NCBI RefSeq assembly: GCF_009914755.1
Contig: NC_060933.1
Length of the DNA: 64,000 bases
Source: the human T2T-CHM13v2.0 reference genome, Homo sapiens
Strand: one strand, 5' to 3'
The position numbers were made by a program, and so were the translations under genes. Every line of letters starts with the position of its first letter. The stretch's first letter is position 1. A model generated the notes under the pieces. That model worked only from the letters and a program-made list of their open reading frames with translations, ran no database searches and had not been told where the DNA came from. This document shows positions 26,959 to 39,040 of the stretch, piece after piece.

Positions 26959-27656
26959 CTAGTCTATGGAATGAGACCCTTAGTGAGCCAGGTTAAAATT
27001 GTAAATGTTTTCACAACTCCAGATAATGCATCATCCCCACTGCCTGAAAGGAAATAGACTGGAGAGGATTAAGCATAAACTTGGCAGAAACTCGTGTAGC
27101 GACAACGTACTGCTGGAGTTCAAACCTATGACTTGAAAGCCCCTATTTTCTTGTAACATCAGACCGATGCATGGAGCACACAACTGGCTGCTGCAACTGG
27201 AGAAGAATATGCTGATAGAGTTGTGGTCTGAGAACCACAGGACTGAGTGCCAAACCAGCCTTACCACCAAATCTCTGTTAATACTGGCCTGGGGACAGAA
27301 CCTGTCTCTCCCTGAGTCTCAGTTCAAGCCTCTGTCTAATGAAGTTTATGCCCTGGAAAAATGTTTTAAAAGCAAGATATATGTATCACTGGTAGAAGCA
27401 TAGTTGGTTTTAGGAGGTGCACAGAGAGGCTGTTTAGCTATATATAGCTATTTATAAATAATAAGGATGTTATGATTATAGCAAAATAGCTATATGTTTA
27501 TTTTATATGGAGACAATTTATAACATACATATCATGATCATGTTTTCAAAGATATTGCTTTCCTTCAAAAATACACTGATTTAACCTTAGAAAGCAGAAA
27601 GATTGAAAGCAAATGATTCAATATGAATGTAACAATAGCTACCACAAAGGTTGTGA

Positions 27657-27951
27657 TCAGGGCATGGTGGCTCATGCCTGTAATCCCAGCATTTTAGGAG
27701 GCCAAGGCAGGAGGATCACTTGAGCTCAAGAGTTCAAGACCAGCCTGGGCAACATGGCAAGACCCCACCTCTACATAAATTTAAAATTAGCTGGGTATGG
27801 TGGCGTGCACCTGTAGTCCCAGCTACTCAGGAGGCTGAGGTTGGAGGATCACTTGAGCCCAGAAGGAGGTAGAGGCTGCAATGAGCTGTGTTCAAACCAC
27901 TGCACTCTAGCCTGAATGACACAGCGAGACCTGTCTCAAAAAACAAAGATA
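27657..27951 (+). mobile_element. AluJ-like SINE
   Basis: 'ggaggatcacttgag' in both arms (J diagnostic); imperfect TSD AAAGGTTGTGA / AAAGATTGTGA. Confidence 0.92.
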
Positions 27952-28978
27952 AAAGATTGTGAGATAGTATGCAAGCACCTGAAATTTGGGAAACTGCTTT
28001 AGGAGATGTGCAAGATTTCTTTAAGCTCAGATATTTTATAGTTACTTGATTCTGAGATACAACTTCTCCCTTGGAAAGCAGTCTCTGTGAGACAAGGTAA
28101 AAAGCAATAGAAACTTTGCTTTGTCAGCCAAAGGAGCAAAAAGTGTTCCTGGATGCACCAGCTGATGCAGGATGTTACTTTTGGCTGGGACCTGAAGAAT
28201 GAGGAGAACCTAGACATACCAAAATAAAGCAGAAGAGAATGTCGGAAGTATGCTTTCCCAGTTCTGACACCCCGTGGCTTAAGAGGGAAGGTTCCGAGTC
28301 CAGTGAGCCCCAGGCACATCCGAAAGCATATGTTTGTTTAAAAAGAACCAGGGTAGCCAGTGCTGGTCTTCTGCTATGTAAATGACATCCAGCGTTCCTA
28401 CTGCAGGCAGATTCAGATCCTGACACAATCAGTTCCAACTGTGCCTACTGGACACCTATTCACAAAGAAATTTAAACAGTAATCAGTGCCTCAGTATCTG
28501 CACCCCACTAGCATGTCCTTGATGCAGTTGTTATGCACTCTTCCAGGTCCTGAGTATAAATCAATTTTCATGACAGCAGGGTGTAGTGAAAAGAGCCCTG
28601 AGCAGGAGGCAGGAATCCCAGGTCTTCTACCCTGCTCTCTTACCAATTAGTAAAGTGACCTTTTCCTCCACACACATTCACTGGGCACCTGTTATGTGTC
28701 AGGTATTGTGCTGAGCCCTGGATTACTCATGGTCAAGGGTAGGCTGGGCCTGGTCCCTGGCTGGGTGCTGCACTTAATTTCTAGTCCGGAAGGAAAGCAA
28801 TTTAATGGACCATGACAGAGTAAGTCACTGTCATTCCCTGGCTTTGTTTCCCTTCCACTGATACTGATACACTGTATTAGGTGTTCGATGAAGTGGACTC
28901 TGTTAGTCCAGTCCATTGATTCATAAATACCTTTTTTGAGGTCCTACTATGTGCTAGACATTTTTCCAAGTTCTAGAG

Positions 28979-29300
28979 TTGAATTGTCCAATAAGGTAGC
29001 CACTAGCCACTGTAGCCACGGTTTGGTACACTGATACAGAGCTACCCTAAACTGAATTGTGCTGTAAATATGAAATGAACACTGGATTTCAAAACCTTTG
29101 TATGAACAAAGTAATATAAAATAGTTCATTAATACTGTTTACTATTGATTGGATATTGAAAGGATAAAATTTTGATATATTTATTCAAATAAAATGTCCA
29201 AAATTATGTACATGTATTTGTTTTTACTTTTTTAATGTGGCTACTAGAAAACTTAAAATTAAATGTGTGACTCACATTCTATGTCTATTGGACAGAGATG
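28979..29300 (+). mobile_element. MER33 (hAT-Charlie MITE) inserted into an antisense L2 3' end
   Basis: Termini 'tgtccaataaggtagccactagccac' and 'ctattggacag'; 8-bp TSD-like TTCTAGAG / CTATAGAG. Confidence 0.8.
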
Positions 29301-29765
29301 CTATAGAGATGTAGCAGTGAACAAAAAAAACCCAAAAATTCCTCAAGGGTGGAAGCCCATATATGCAGATGAGAAAAAATACCGGGAATCATAGCCCCAG
29401 TTATGCTTATAAAGTTATGCTGAATTTAAGCCCTTTGAGGCCAAGAGCAGGGCTTTGCTCATTTTGGTGTGTCTGGCCATTTGAGAAACACTGAAGTTGT
29501 CCCTGGCAGGGCCTCTTGGCAACAAGCACACAATTACATCTGAGGGTGATGAAAAGATGTGGGAGTCCAGAAACTTGATTTTTGTTCCCTCTGAGACACT
29601 AACTGCCTTTATGGCCTTGACGAAGTCACCCCAGCTCTGGGCAATATCCATCTATCCATACATTAAAGGGATTCAACAACAGTGACTTCTAAGACACTTC
29701 ATAGGTCTGGAATTCTATGACATGGGAATGATGAAGCTCAGGCCCAAACTTTTCCATCAAATACA

Positions 29766-29986
29766 GATCAGGAGTTTGAGAACAGCCTAGCCAACCCCAC
29801 CTCTACTAAAAATACAAAAATTAGCCGGGTATGGTGGCACACACCTCCAGTCCCAGCTACTTGGGAGGCTGAGGCAGAAGGATCCCTGGAACATAGGAGG
29901 TGGAAGTTACAGTGACCTGAGATCCTGCAACTGTACTCCAGCCTGAGTTACAGAGTGAGACTCCATTTCAAAAAATGAAAAATAAA
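29766..29986 (+). mobile_element. 5'-truncated AluS-like SINE with a small internal deletion
   Basis: Begins mid left arm at 'gatcaggagtttgag'; lacks ATGGTGAAA; complete right arm and A-tail. Confidence 0.88.
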
Positions 29987-30074
29987 CACCAGCCTTGAAT
30001 TACCTTCTGATTTATTAGATATTATTAGGCAACATTTCAAAAAACCCCTCTTCCTGCCCAGAAGGGTATTTTAG

Positions 30075-30126
30075 GGAAAATTAGAATAATTGAGAATTAC
30101 CTAAATCTATTGTGTCAGGCTTTAAA
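30075..30126 (+). repeat. 52-bp dispersed duplicate, copy B (probable donor)
   Basis: GGAAAATTAGAATAATTGAGAATTACCTAAATCTATTGTGTCAGGCTTTAAA. Confidence 0.95.
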
Positions 30127-30486
30127 ATATGAGCTCCCAGAGAAGGGGAAAGATGCATTCAAGTAAAGGCAAGAATTGCTGGTCTGCCATCAAAGCTGCC
30201 TGGTGGTCTCCTACTGACATTCTTTATGATATTTTAATTAAGATGATATCTCAGAGATCACAGAGAAAAGACAAGCCAAAATTCAGTCCTCAAGAAAATA
30301 ACATTGGTTATGAACTGTAACCAAAGTACGGCTTTGGCAAACCAGGTGGCAGCCTGCAAGGCATGGTGTAAGGACTCCCAGGCAGAGGCAATTTCTGGGG
30401 CCGAATGGGCCATTCAGCAAGTTGCTTCATGTTCATGGAAGGCCTCCTGTTTTGACATTACCTACAAAAAAAAATTATACATAAAG

Positions 30487-30487
<1 letters not shown>

Positions 30488-30527
<40 letters not shown>
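30488..30527. repeat. (TG)20 microsatellite
   Basis: Perfect run read directly. Confidence 0.97.
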
Positions 30528-30529
<2 letters not shown>

Positions 30530-31217
30530 GAATTAATTTTGCCAGCCAGTAAGTAAGTTTACACATCCTAGATAGGTCACTATTTTAGTTTAGTACCACG
30601 TGAGCCTTTATTACTTTGGAATATGGTCTCAGTCCCCTAGTATACATCAGAGGTGCTAGTCCTAGAAGGATGACTTTTTCCACTTTTTTGGGGTACCCAC
30701 AGGCTTTCAGAGTCCTTCCAGTTGTGATCAAGACAATTAAATGCAAATGCCATTGAAGGAGGAACACAATGGTAAGCCTATGTGAATGACATTCGAGGTA
30801 GGCTGCAAAGAAGAGATTGAGAAATGATAAGGATCCAGGAACCTGGGTTGATTTTTTGTGACCCTAAATGAGTCTCTGACTCTGAGCCTTGGTTTAGTCA
30901 TTTAAAAAATAAGGGTCGGATTAAGTCTAAATTCCTTTTTAGTATCTTCAACCTTGAATACACATTAGAATCACTGCAGGTAAAGTATTTAAAGCAGAAC
31001 CAATTAGGGTTAGGTCACCAGTTCCTCTGGTGATTCAAATGTTAGGAAGCCCTGCTCCAGGAAAACCAACATTTTCTGATGAATTAGTTGGCTAGTATTA
31101 ATAGCTAGGACGTCATTCTAAGAAGGGGAAGCAGTGAACACAGGTTTCAGAGTAGGAAAGTGCCCTGTCTTAAAGAAACATTGAGCAAATTAACCATGGC
31201 AGAGAGACAGCTCAGGA

Positions 31218-31640
31218 CAGGGCAATTTGGTAGAGAGATAATGAGCCACATATGTAATTTTGCATTTTCTAGCACCCACATTTTAAAAAGTAGAAACAAT
31301 CAGGTAGAATTAATTATAATAATATATTTCACTTAAACCAAGATACAGGTAAGCACATAATCAATAGATGTGATTTAATTTTGTAGGCATATTCAAAAAG
31401 TAAAAACAGGTTAACTTCATTTTAATGCTATATTGTATTTAATCCAATATATCCAAAATAGTATCATTTCAACGTACAAACAATTAAAAACTAATGAAAC
31501 ATTTTTACTTTTTTTTCTATTTAGGTCTTCACAATCAAATGTGTACTTTACACTCACATTACATTTCAGTTTGAACCAACCATGTGTCAGTTGCTCAATT
31601 AGCCACATGCAGCTAGTGGTGACCACGTTGGACAGCACCG
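31218..31640 (-). mobile_element. MER33-like hAT MITE with an internal duplicated segment
   Basis: Ends 'tagccacatgcagctagtggtgaccacgttggacagcaccg'; segment 31277-31345 recurs, diverged, at 31388-31451. Confidence 0.75.
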
Positions 31641-31648
31641 GTCTAGAC

Positions 31649-31813
31649 CTTGCTATTCAAGTGTGGTCTGTGGACCACACCTTGGGTATCATCTGAGAGC
31701 ATGCTAGAAAGGCAGAATTTCAGTCTCTATCCCAGATCTATTAAGTCAGAATCTGCATTTTAACAAGATCTCTAGGTGTAATTTGTTTACACATTAAAGC
31801 TTGAAAAAGTCCT
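31649..31813 (+). mobile_element. MER5A-like hAT MITE
   Basis: 'tcaagtgtggtctgtggacc...tcagaatctgcattttaacaagatc'. Confidence 0.8.
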
Positions 31814-31849
31814 ATCCTTTCCCATAACCACTGTCAACTTTCACCTGTA

Positions 31850-32345
31850 TTAGCATAACAGCCTCTTAACTCAGTGCCTTAACCCCTTGGAGATCTGGCC
31901 ACTGCCTACTTTGCTGGCCAGTTTACAACCAATTTACCCTCTAGCCATAACAAACCGCTCTCAGTGATTCAAGTCAGCATGTCCTCTTATACTTCTGAGC
32001 ATTTGTACATGTTGTTTCTTCTAGGAATTCCCTCCATCTGCACACTCCCCCTGCCTTCTCATGACTGAGTCCTAACTGAATTTCAGCTTTGATGTCATTA
32101 TCTGAGGGCAATTTCCATAATCCATCCTTCTAGATCCCCTCAACTTTTCCATCCCCTTGCGTTTCTCTGTTTCATCATTTTCTGTTGTGATTTAGAAATG
32201 TTAGTCCATTCTTTCTGCTAGAGGGAAGATCCATGATGATAGGGACATCAAATGTCCTAGTTACTGCTGCATCCCAAGCACTCAGCACAGAGCTGGCACA
32301 CAGGAGGTGGTGAGGTTCAATATGTTTTTGTTGGAAGGGACTGAG
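31850..32345 (+). mobile_element. L2 LINE 3' end
   Basis: Ends 'agcacagagctggcacacagg...caatatgtttttgttggaag'. Confidence 0.6.
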
Positions 32346-33119
32346 GAAAGAAGGAAGGCAAGAGGGCAAGAAGTGAGCAAAGGAAGGAAGGTAGTTTCTT
32401 CCCAAATGTGAAGCTGCAATCATAGTTTCTGTTTAGAAAATTCTCTATTTAACACCTAGCATCTGAGCCAAAGGATGCAGAAGAAAAGGGAACCAACATG
32501 GATGAAAGACTCCTGCACCATGTACCTTAGAGACCACATCTGCTTGGGAGTCAGGCCATGCGGATTTAAGGGCCAGTCATCTGGACAAGTCACTTCACAT
32601 CTCCAAGCTTCGGTTCCCTCACCAATGAATAGGGATGATAATGCCTACAACGGGTAGCAGTTGTGAAAATTAAGTGAAAAGATGCATCTACAAGGCATCG
32701 TAAACCTAAAGTGCTATAAAACAAGAAAGAATTTGTTTCTCTTCCCAGACATTGCAACCCCTCACCAGCTCCTCTCCAGGCACTGAGTTTCATTTTCCAC
32801 TTGAGTTTAGAAGTCAAATATTTAGCTGTGCTAATGGGGTATTGGATCTTTTTATTATGGCCCCACCACTCAGTGTGTGCAGCTTTGCCGAGATAATAAA
32901 AGATGTTAGACCTGGTCTCGCAGCTGCTTAATGCAGAAATGCCATGGGAACACACCTGGGGTATGACTTCGAATGGAATCAATGTGAAGTCAGCCATGTC
33001 CCCAGCAGAGATAAAAGCATTAATATGCTATTTCACCCTCAGCCCGCACTAGCATGACGTTGATTAAAATTATTTTCTGCAGTTTGAGTTCTTGTTTTAA
33101 CGAGAAAATTTGTAAAGGG

Positions 33120-33150
33120 GTGTGTGTGTGTGTCTGAGAGAGAGAGAGAG
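33120..33150. repeat. Compound (TG)n/(AG)n microsatellite
   Basis: Direct inspection. Confidence 0.8.
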
Positions 33151-33739
33151 GTTTTAATAGGAGTTAGATTTGATACTTCTGCTTGATGTCTGGTCTCAGA
33201 TCTAGTTTTGATGGCACAAATGTTATAGTCCTATGGCTAGGATGGGCCACAGGGAGGTAAAGTGCACTGCCCCTGCCTCCCCACATCACCTTCTGTACTA
33301 GCATGTGTGTGCATTTGTGTGTGTGTGTGCCTGTTGGGTTCAGCCTGTTTTATGTGCGATAAAACAGAAAGCCTCTGCTGCCCAGTTGATGTGTGTGATA
33401 AGAAGAGGTGCAGGTACAGGTGAGTATGCTAGACATCTATGCGGGTGCACATACACATAAAAACACACATGGGAGGGTGTTGGATGCAAATGGGCATGGG
33501 TGGTAACTACTAAGGAGACTTATTTGATGAGGAAGAGGTGAATTACATATTAGGTGGTAGGAGATGTGTGCATATATGGCATACCTTTATGTGTGAATCA
33601 CAGTTCTAGGGTGGGAGGTCCTGTATGTGAAAAAAGTGGTCATTGGAAGGGAGGGGTGCATAAGCATGGATTTATGCACAAGACTATGACCAGATTCTTA
33701 TCAAACATCACCCATAAATCAGTTAAGGTGCTAGTGGCC

Positions 33740-34400
33740 CATTGCAGGACATGAGGCTATGAACAAGACAGCCAAGATCTCTGCCCATATAAAGCTTTCA
33801 GTCTATGACAGCGTTTTTCAACAGTAGCACTATTGAATTTTGGACCAAATAATTGTTTGTTGAGGGGACTGTTCTGTGTATCATAGGGTATTTAGCAATA
33901 TCCTTGGTCTCTACCTAGGAAAAGCATCTCTCAGTTGTGACTACAAAAATGTCTCCAGATATTGCCAAATGTCCCTTGGGAGCAAAATTACACCATATGT
34001 TGACAATCACTGGTCTACGGGGAAAGATAGATATTAAACAAAAACAATCACAAAATATAGTATATAAGCAACTTTGTGTGGTGAGAGAGGTGTGCAGGGA
34101 GCTATCAGAGTGTATAACTAGGATAAACTGGTCAGACCATCAGGGGTGAGGGGTTAGGAAAGGCCCCTGGGAGGATGGGATAAATAAATGGGGCATCAAA
34201 GATGAGTATGACTCAGCTGGGTGAAGTGAACGAGAACAAATGTTTCAGAAAGAGGGAGCAGTAAGTGAAGAAAGGCCCTGACGGAGGAAGGAAGGAGCAT
34301 GTCATTCAAAACAAAACCAGACAAAACACTAGGGGAGCCCTGCGTGGATGGGGTGAATAGGAGCAGGGAAGGGGGAGAGATGAGACAAGCTCTTAGGGTG
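33740..34400 (-). mobile_element. L2 LINE fragment (host of MER20)
   Basis: 'atgaacaagacagccaagatctctgccc' continues as 'gggaaagatagatattaaacaa' after MER20. Confidence 0.65.
33809..34012 (+). mobile_element. MER20 (hAT-Charlie MITE)
   Basis: TIR-like ends CAGCGTTTTTCAAC ... GTTGACAATCACTG; 'aaaaatgtctccagatattgccaaatgtccc'; TSD GTCTATGA / GTCTACGG. Confidence 0.88.
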
Positions 34401-35149
34401 GGACCTGAGCTCCCTGCCACCAGAATAAGCCAGCAGAAAGTGGGTCAGGGGATGTGGGCATTGGATGGTGGAATGCCGCAAGTCATGGCGGTTCTAAGGA
34501 GACTCTGGGTCTCTGAAAGAATGTTGCGACCGTAGGAACAGAAATGCCAATGAAGCCTACAGGCCCTGCTTACACCTGAGGCCCCTACTTAATGAGGGGA
34601 ACTTAAGGCAGAATGGAGTCAGCCCCAGCTGGTCTATGAGATCTTTTTGAGAGAGCAGGTGGTTGCAGTTTTACAGTAGAGAGCATTTCCACTTACCTTT
34701 GAGATACACCTGGGGCTCCAGCCATTTCTCAGGCTCACCCATAGAACTGTACAACCCCCCACCATCTACACACATGCACTCAGTTACCCAACTTCACCTG
34801 CTTACAATTAACCAATAAATAAGAGACAGCATAAATACATCAAGGCCTTTCGCAATTGATATTCCCAAGGCTGCTTCTTTGACTTACAGGTGATGCAGTG
34901 GAAGCTCTGAGACGTGACAAACCCTGTCCATAGCCACACAGTCAGGCCATGGGCATGGTGGGGATTTTAACCAAGGACTGGCTGAACTCAAGGTCACACG
35001 AGGTCACATGCCTCTCCCTCCCTGGGAAGAAGTGTGCATGTGCCATCTGCCATCAAGTCCGTCCCCTCTTTGTAAACTTGCAGCCGTTTCACAGAGCTTT
35101 ACCAGGATCCCCACCCCAATCCAGGCTCCATGACATCACCAGACTGGCC

Positions 35150-35660
35150 AGCAGCTTCCCTGCTTAAAATCGGCCCTCCTTCCGTAGTGTTCAGGAAAAT
35201 AAGTTTCCCTTAAGGCTCTCTTCTGCCATCTTTGCAGCCTCATTACTGCAGCCCCATCTTGGCTGCTCTCAGAGCAACCGTGCTCTCTTGCAACTTCCAG
35301 TCTTTGTATATGCTGTTTTCATCTCTAGGAATGCCCTGGCCCCCTTTCCTTTCCTTCCTTTTCTTTGAAAACCCCTTCTTCTCTTCAAAAATTTAGCTCA
35401 TCTATCACATCCTGCAGCGCTTTCCTTGACCAACCCTGAGACATGCACACATACACACTATCCTTCCTCCCCAGGCCAAGTGAGTAGACTCTCACTGCCT
35501 GCCCAGTACCTGGTGCTTCCTCCACCCAAGCCCCTTGCATCCCAGATTCGAACTGTCCATTTATAAGGCTGTTTCTCTCATAACTCTAGGAGGTCTCCCA
35601 GGGCAGCCTTTTTTCTCTGTATCCATAGCCCACAGTAGATGTTCAAGAGATACTTTTGTG
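35150..35660 (+). mobile_element. L2 LINE 3' fragment
   Basis: 'tctttgtatatgctgttttcatctctaggaatgccc...cacagtagatgttcaagagatac'. Confidence 0.55.
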
Positions 35661-35959
35661 TTCTGCTGCTACACATCCCTCTGAAAAGTGCCTTGACTGT
35701 CTTTATAAGCATGAACCTCCAAAGTAAATCATGCCAGGTCAGTCCCTTGCTGAAATCATTAGGCCCCACTCAACAGAAAGCATGGCATGGTAGGTGAGGG
35801 TTGGGGCAGCAAGAGAAGGTATGAAGTGTGTGTTGCACTGGGGGCTGGTGTTCATCGACAAGTGATCAACAAAGCTTATCAGGAGTCTGTTGACATTTGC
35901 CTCCTTTGATTTGTCCTCACACACTAGTACGGAAAGGGGTATAAGCCCATCCATCAGTT

Positions 35960-36380
35960 ATGATTTCCAGGGAGAGGGAGCCACTGGGGCTTATGCAAGC
36001 CTGGGGACCTTCTTCTGGAATCCACAATGGGGGCCCGGGGACTGTTGACTATCCCAGCTCAGAGACGGCAGAAAATATGGTGATGAGGACATGTCAGCCT
36101 TCTGAGGAGCACTCAAGCACTCTTCTATTAACCTGTTTAGTTAGTCTGTTTCTCTGTTTGCTTCCAATGAACCAAATTCTTTCTGTCCTTCGGGTTTCAA
36201 TTCCCAAAAGAGAAATCTGATGGATTCAGGTCACCCTACCAGGACAAGCTATTTCGTGCTTCACTACCAGCCAATGAACTGATTCTTCTTATATCAAGTG
36301 ACTATGCATAGTCCAATTAGCAAGTACATCTACCTACAAACAGAAGGGCACTGTTCGTGGGGCAGTTTGGTTTAGAAGGA
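35960..36380 (-). mobile_element. Possible very old MaLR LTR (MLT1M/N/O-like)
   Basis: 'tttcaattcccaaaagagaaatctgatgga...catagtccaattagc'; weak similarity. Confidence 0.3.
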
Positions 36381-36816
36381 GAGATTGGGCATAGCAGATA
36401 CAATAACCAGTGTGTTCCATGGCAGCCTGGTTAACCACATCAGATAAGGCAAGTTCAGTGAGTTGGAGCCTGGAATAGTCCCAACCGTTGGAGTAGACAC
36501 TGACGACCAGAATTCCCATTTGGAAGGACCTTTCTTCTAAAAGATAAAGTCACTAGAGGCTGTGGTAATATGCAATGGGATCAACATAGGGGCTTTGGGT
36601 TTATATTGTGAGGAATTTAGTGTTAAATGATCATGCGGCATTTGGTATGTTTGTTATAAAACTTAGTATGGCCTGATACTATCTGAGTATCTTGAAAGTC
36701 TAGATCATGTCTTATCCATTTTTGCTTACCAAGGGCCTGGAACAGAATCAATGGTAAAAATGAGTTTATTAAACTGAACTAAATTCCTTAATATCTATTT
36801 AGGTCTACCCTCCACC

Positions 36817-37118
36817 TTTTATTTTGGGGGCGGGCAGGGACAGAGTTTCCTCCTGTCCCCCACACTGGAGTACAGTGACACACTCTTGGCTCACTGCAAC
36901 CTCCACCTCCCAAGTTCAAGTGATTCCCATTCCTCAGCCTCCTGAGTAGGTGGGATTACAGGCATGCACCACCATGCCTGGCTAATTTTTGTATATTTAG
37001 TAGAGATGGAGTTTCACCATGTTGGCTAGGCTGGTCTCGAATTCCTGACCTCAAGTGATGGGCCCACCTTGGCCTCCTAAAGTGCTGGGATTACAGAAAT
37101 GAGCCACTGCGCCCAGCC
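36817..37118 (-). mobile_element. AluS-like SINE (inside an L2 3' end)
   Basis: Full antisense Alu; degenerate TSD 'ggtctaccct' / 'ggtctatcct'. Confidence 0.92.
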
Positions 37119-37295
37119 TTGGTCTATCCTTTCTTTCACCAGCTGGCAAGCTCCTTGAAAGGAGGGCTATGTCCTATTTATCTTGTTATCCCCCAATTAA
37201 CCTAGCACAGGGCATGACAAGTAGTGGGTGCTCAATAAATGCCTGTTGAGTATGTTTTTATAAAGCATTCCACGTCACATGTCTCTCAGTTATTT

Positions 37296-37508
37296 CTTTT
37301 ATTTTCTTTGAAGTTCAGTTTTGTCGTCTTTTTTTTTTTAACTTTTAAATTCAGGGGTACAAGTGCAGGCTTGTTTAATAGGTAAACTTGCGTCATGGGG
37401 GTTTGTTGTACAGATTATTTCATCACCCAGGTATTAAGCCTAGTACTCATTACTTTTCCTCATCCTCTCCTTCCACCCACCCTACACCCTCTGAAAGGCC
37501 CAGTGTGT
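37296..37508 (-). mobile_element. Short 5'-truncated L1PA13-16-like 3' end
   Basis: 'ttcaggggtacaagtgcagg...tacagattatttcatcacccaggtattaagcctagtac'; TSD TCTCAGTTATTT (37284-37295) / TCTCGGTTATTT (37509-37520). Confidence 0.85.
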
Positions 37509-37549
37509 TCTCGGTTATTTTTAATACCCCCAGAACGCCTATATATTCA

Positions 37550-37780
37550 TGAGAATATCAATTCTGGAGTCAACTGCCCAGACACAAATCCAGGTCTATT
37601 ACTTACTAGCCACGTGACCTTGAACAGGTTATTCACTGTACCTGAGTCTCATTTTTAAAGTGGTAATAATAATACCTAACTTATAGGGTTGTGGTGTGTA
37701 TTGAGGGGGTTAATACATAGTAAAGTGTTTACCCCAGTGCCTGACAGATAATAAATGCACACTAAATTTGTATTATCCAT
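37550..37780 (+). mobile_element. MIR SINE
   Basis: 'acttactagccacgtgaccttgaacaggttattcactgtacctgagtctc'. Confidence 0.75.
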
Positions 37781-38789
37781 ATTTTGTCTCATGTACAAAC
37801 ACACTCTACCAATAGTTCCAAATATACATGCACAAATCCAATAGTTATTTTTAACTCCTGATTTGTTTATCTGGAGTGGTTTCAAAACTTTCCTTTGTTT
37901 CAAAACTCTCAGTCAATTGATAGCTTCCTCAGAAGAACCAACAAGTCCCAAGATATTGCTCATGAGCTGACACAGACCTTCTTGCTCATAAGTAAAGGTC
38001 TTCTTAGTTTTCTTATTTCTTTTACAGCTTCTCCTGAATATTGATTGTCTATGGCAGCCAGTGGACAATCTTCCAGGGACTCCTGCCACACTCTGCAAGT
38101 GTATATGTCATTTGGGCACTAAATCTAGCTACATGATTGCCCCTGCATCTGGCATGCCATTAGTCCATCCTGACCCTAATGATATCCCAAATATTGGACA
38201 CCCTGGGAATAGTGATAGTGAGGAGAAGAAAAAGAATGACAACAGAGAAGAAAAATAACCTATGCTGAATTTTAACCTGAGTTCCAGGTCCTCTGCTAAT
38301 GGCTTCATAGAGATTAATAAGACATAGAGCCTCCGGTGTGGAGCTCACAATGGGATCACGATATGGTAAGGATTTTGGAAAAAAGCCATGACACAGAAGA
38401 CAGGATGTTTTGTTCTACAGATAGGATCAGCTAAGACTTCCCAGGACAGCTGGCACTTGATCTAGGCCTTCAAGGGTGATCCATGCATGTGATTAATCAT
38501 TCATTTTGTCATTTATTAATTCACCCATAGATCAAGTATGAATTTTGTGTTGGGCTTTTGGCTAAGCACTGGGCATATAGAGATAACCAAACTTGATCTA
38601 TGCACCCATTCACACAGCCTGATGGTGGGGAGAGGAACACACAAATGACTATTACATACAGTACGACATAATGATGGCAGAAATTAGTCATATTCTAGGT
38701 GAAATTGGATCATTCATGGAAAACATACCTAAGTTTGCATGTGATGATTAAGGGAGTTGTCATAGTAAAACATGAGTTAAATTAATAAT

Positions 38790-39040
38790 AAAATAAGTCA
38801 TTCACCAAGTACATTTTTGTGCCAGGCATTGTGCTCCATACTTTACATGTATTAACTGACTGAGTCCCCATAATAACCAGAAAAGGTAGAGGACATTCTC
38901 TCCTTCATAAAGAGAAGCCAACTGGAAACTCACAGAGGAGTTAAGTAATTTGTCAAGGATTGTAGGCAGGATGTGGAAAGTCAGTATGCAGTGTATCGAG
39001 AAGCCAGGATCAGGTCTACTTGATACCAAAATTTTCCCTC
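38790..39040 (-). mobile_element. MIR SINE (flanked by L2 fragments at ~38.5-38.75 and 39.06-39.44 kb)
   Basis: 'gccaggcattgtgctcc...cacagaggagttaagtaatttgtcaagg'. Confidence 0.65.
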
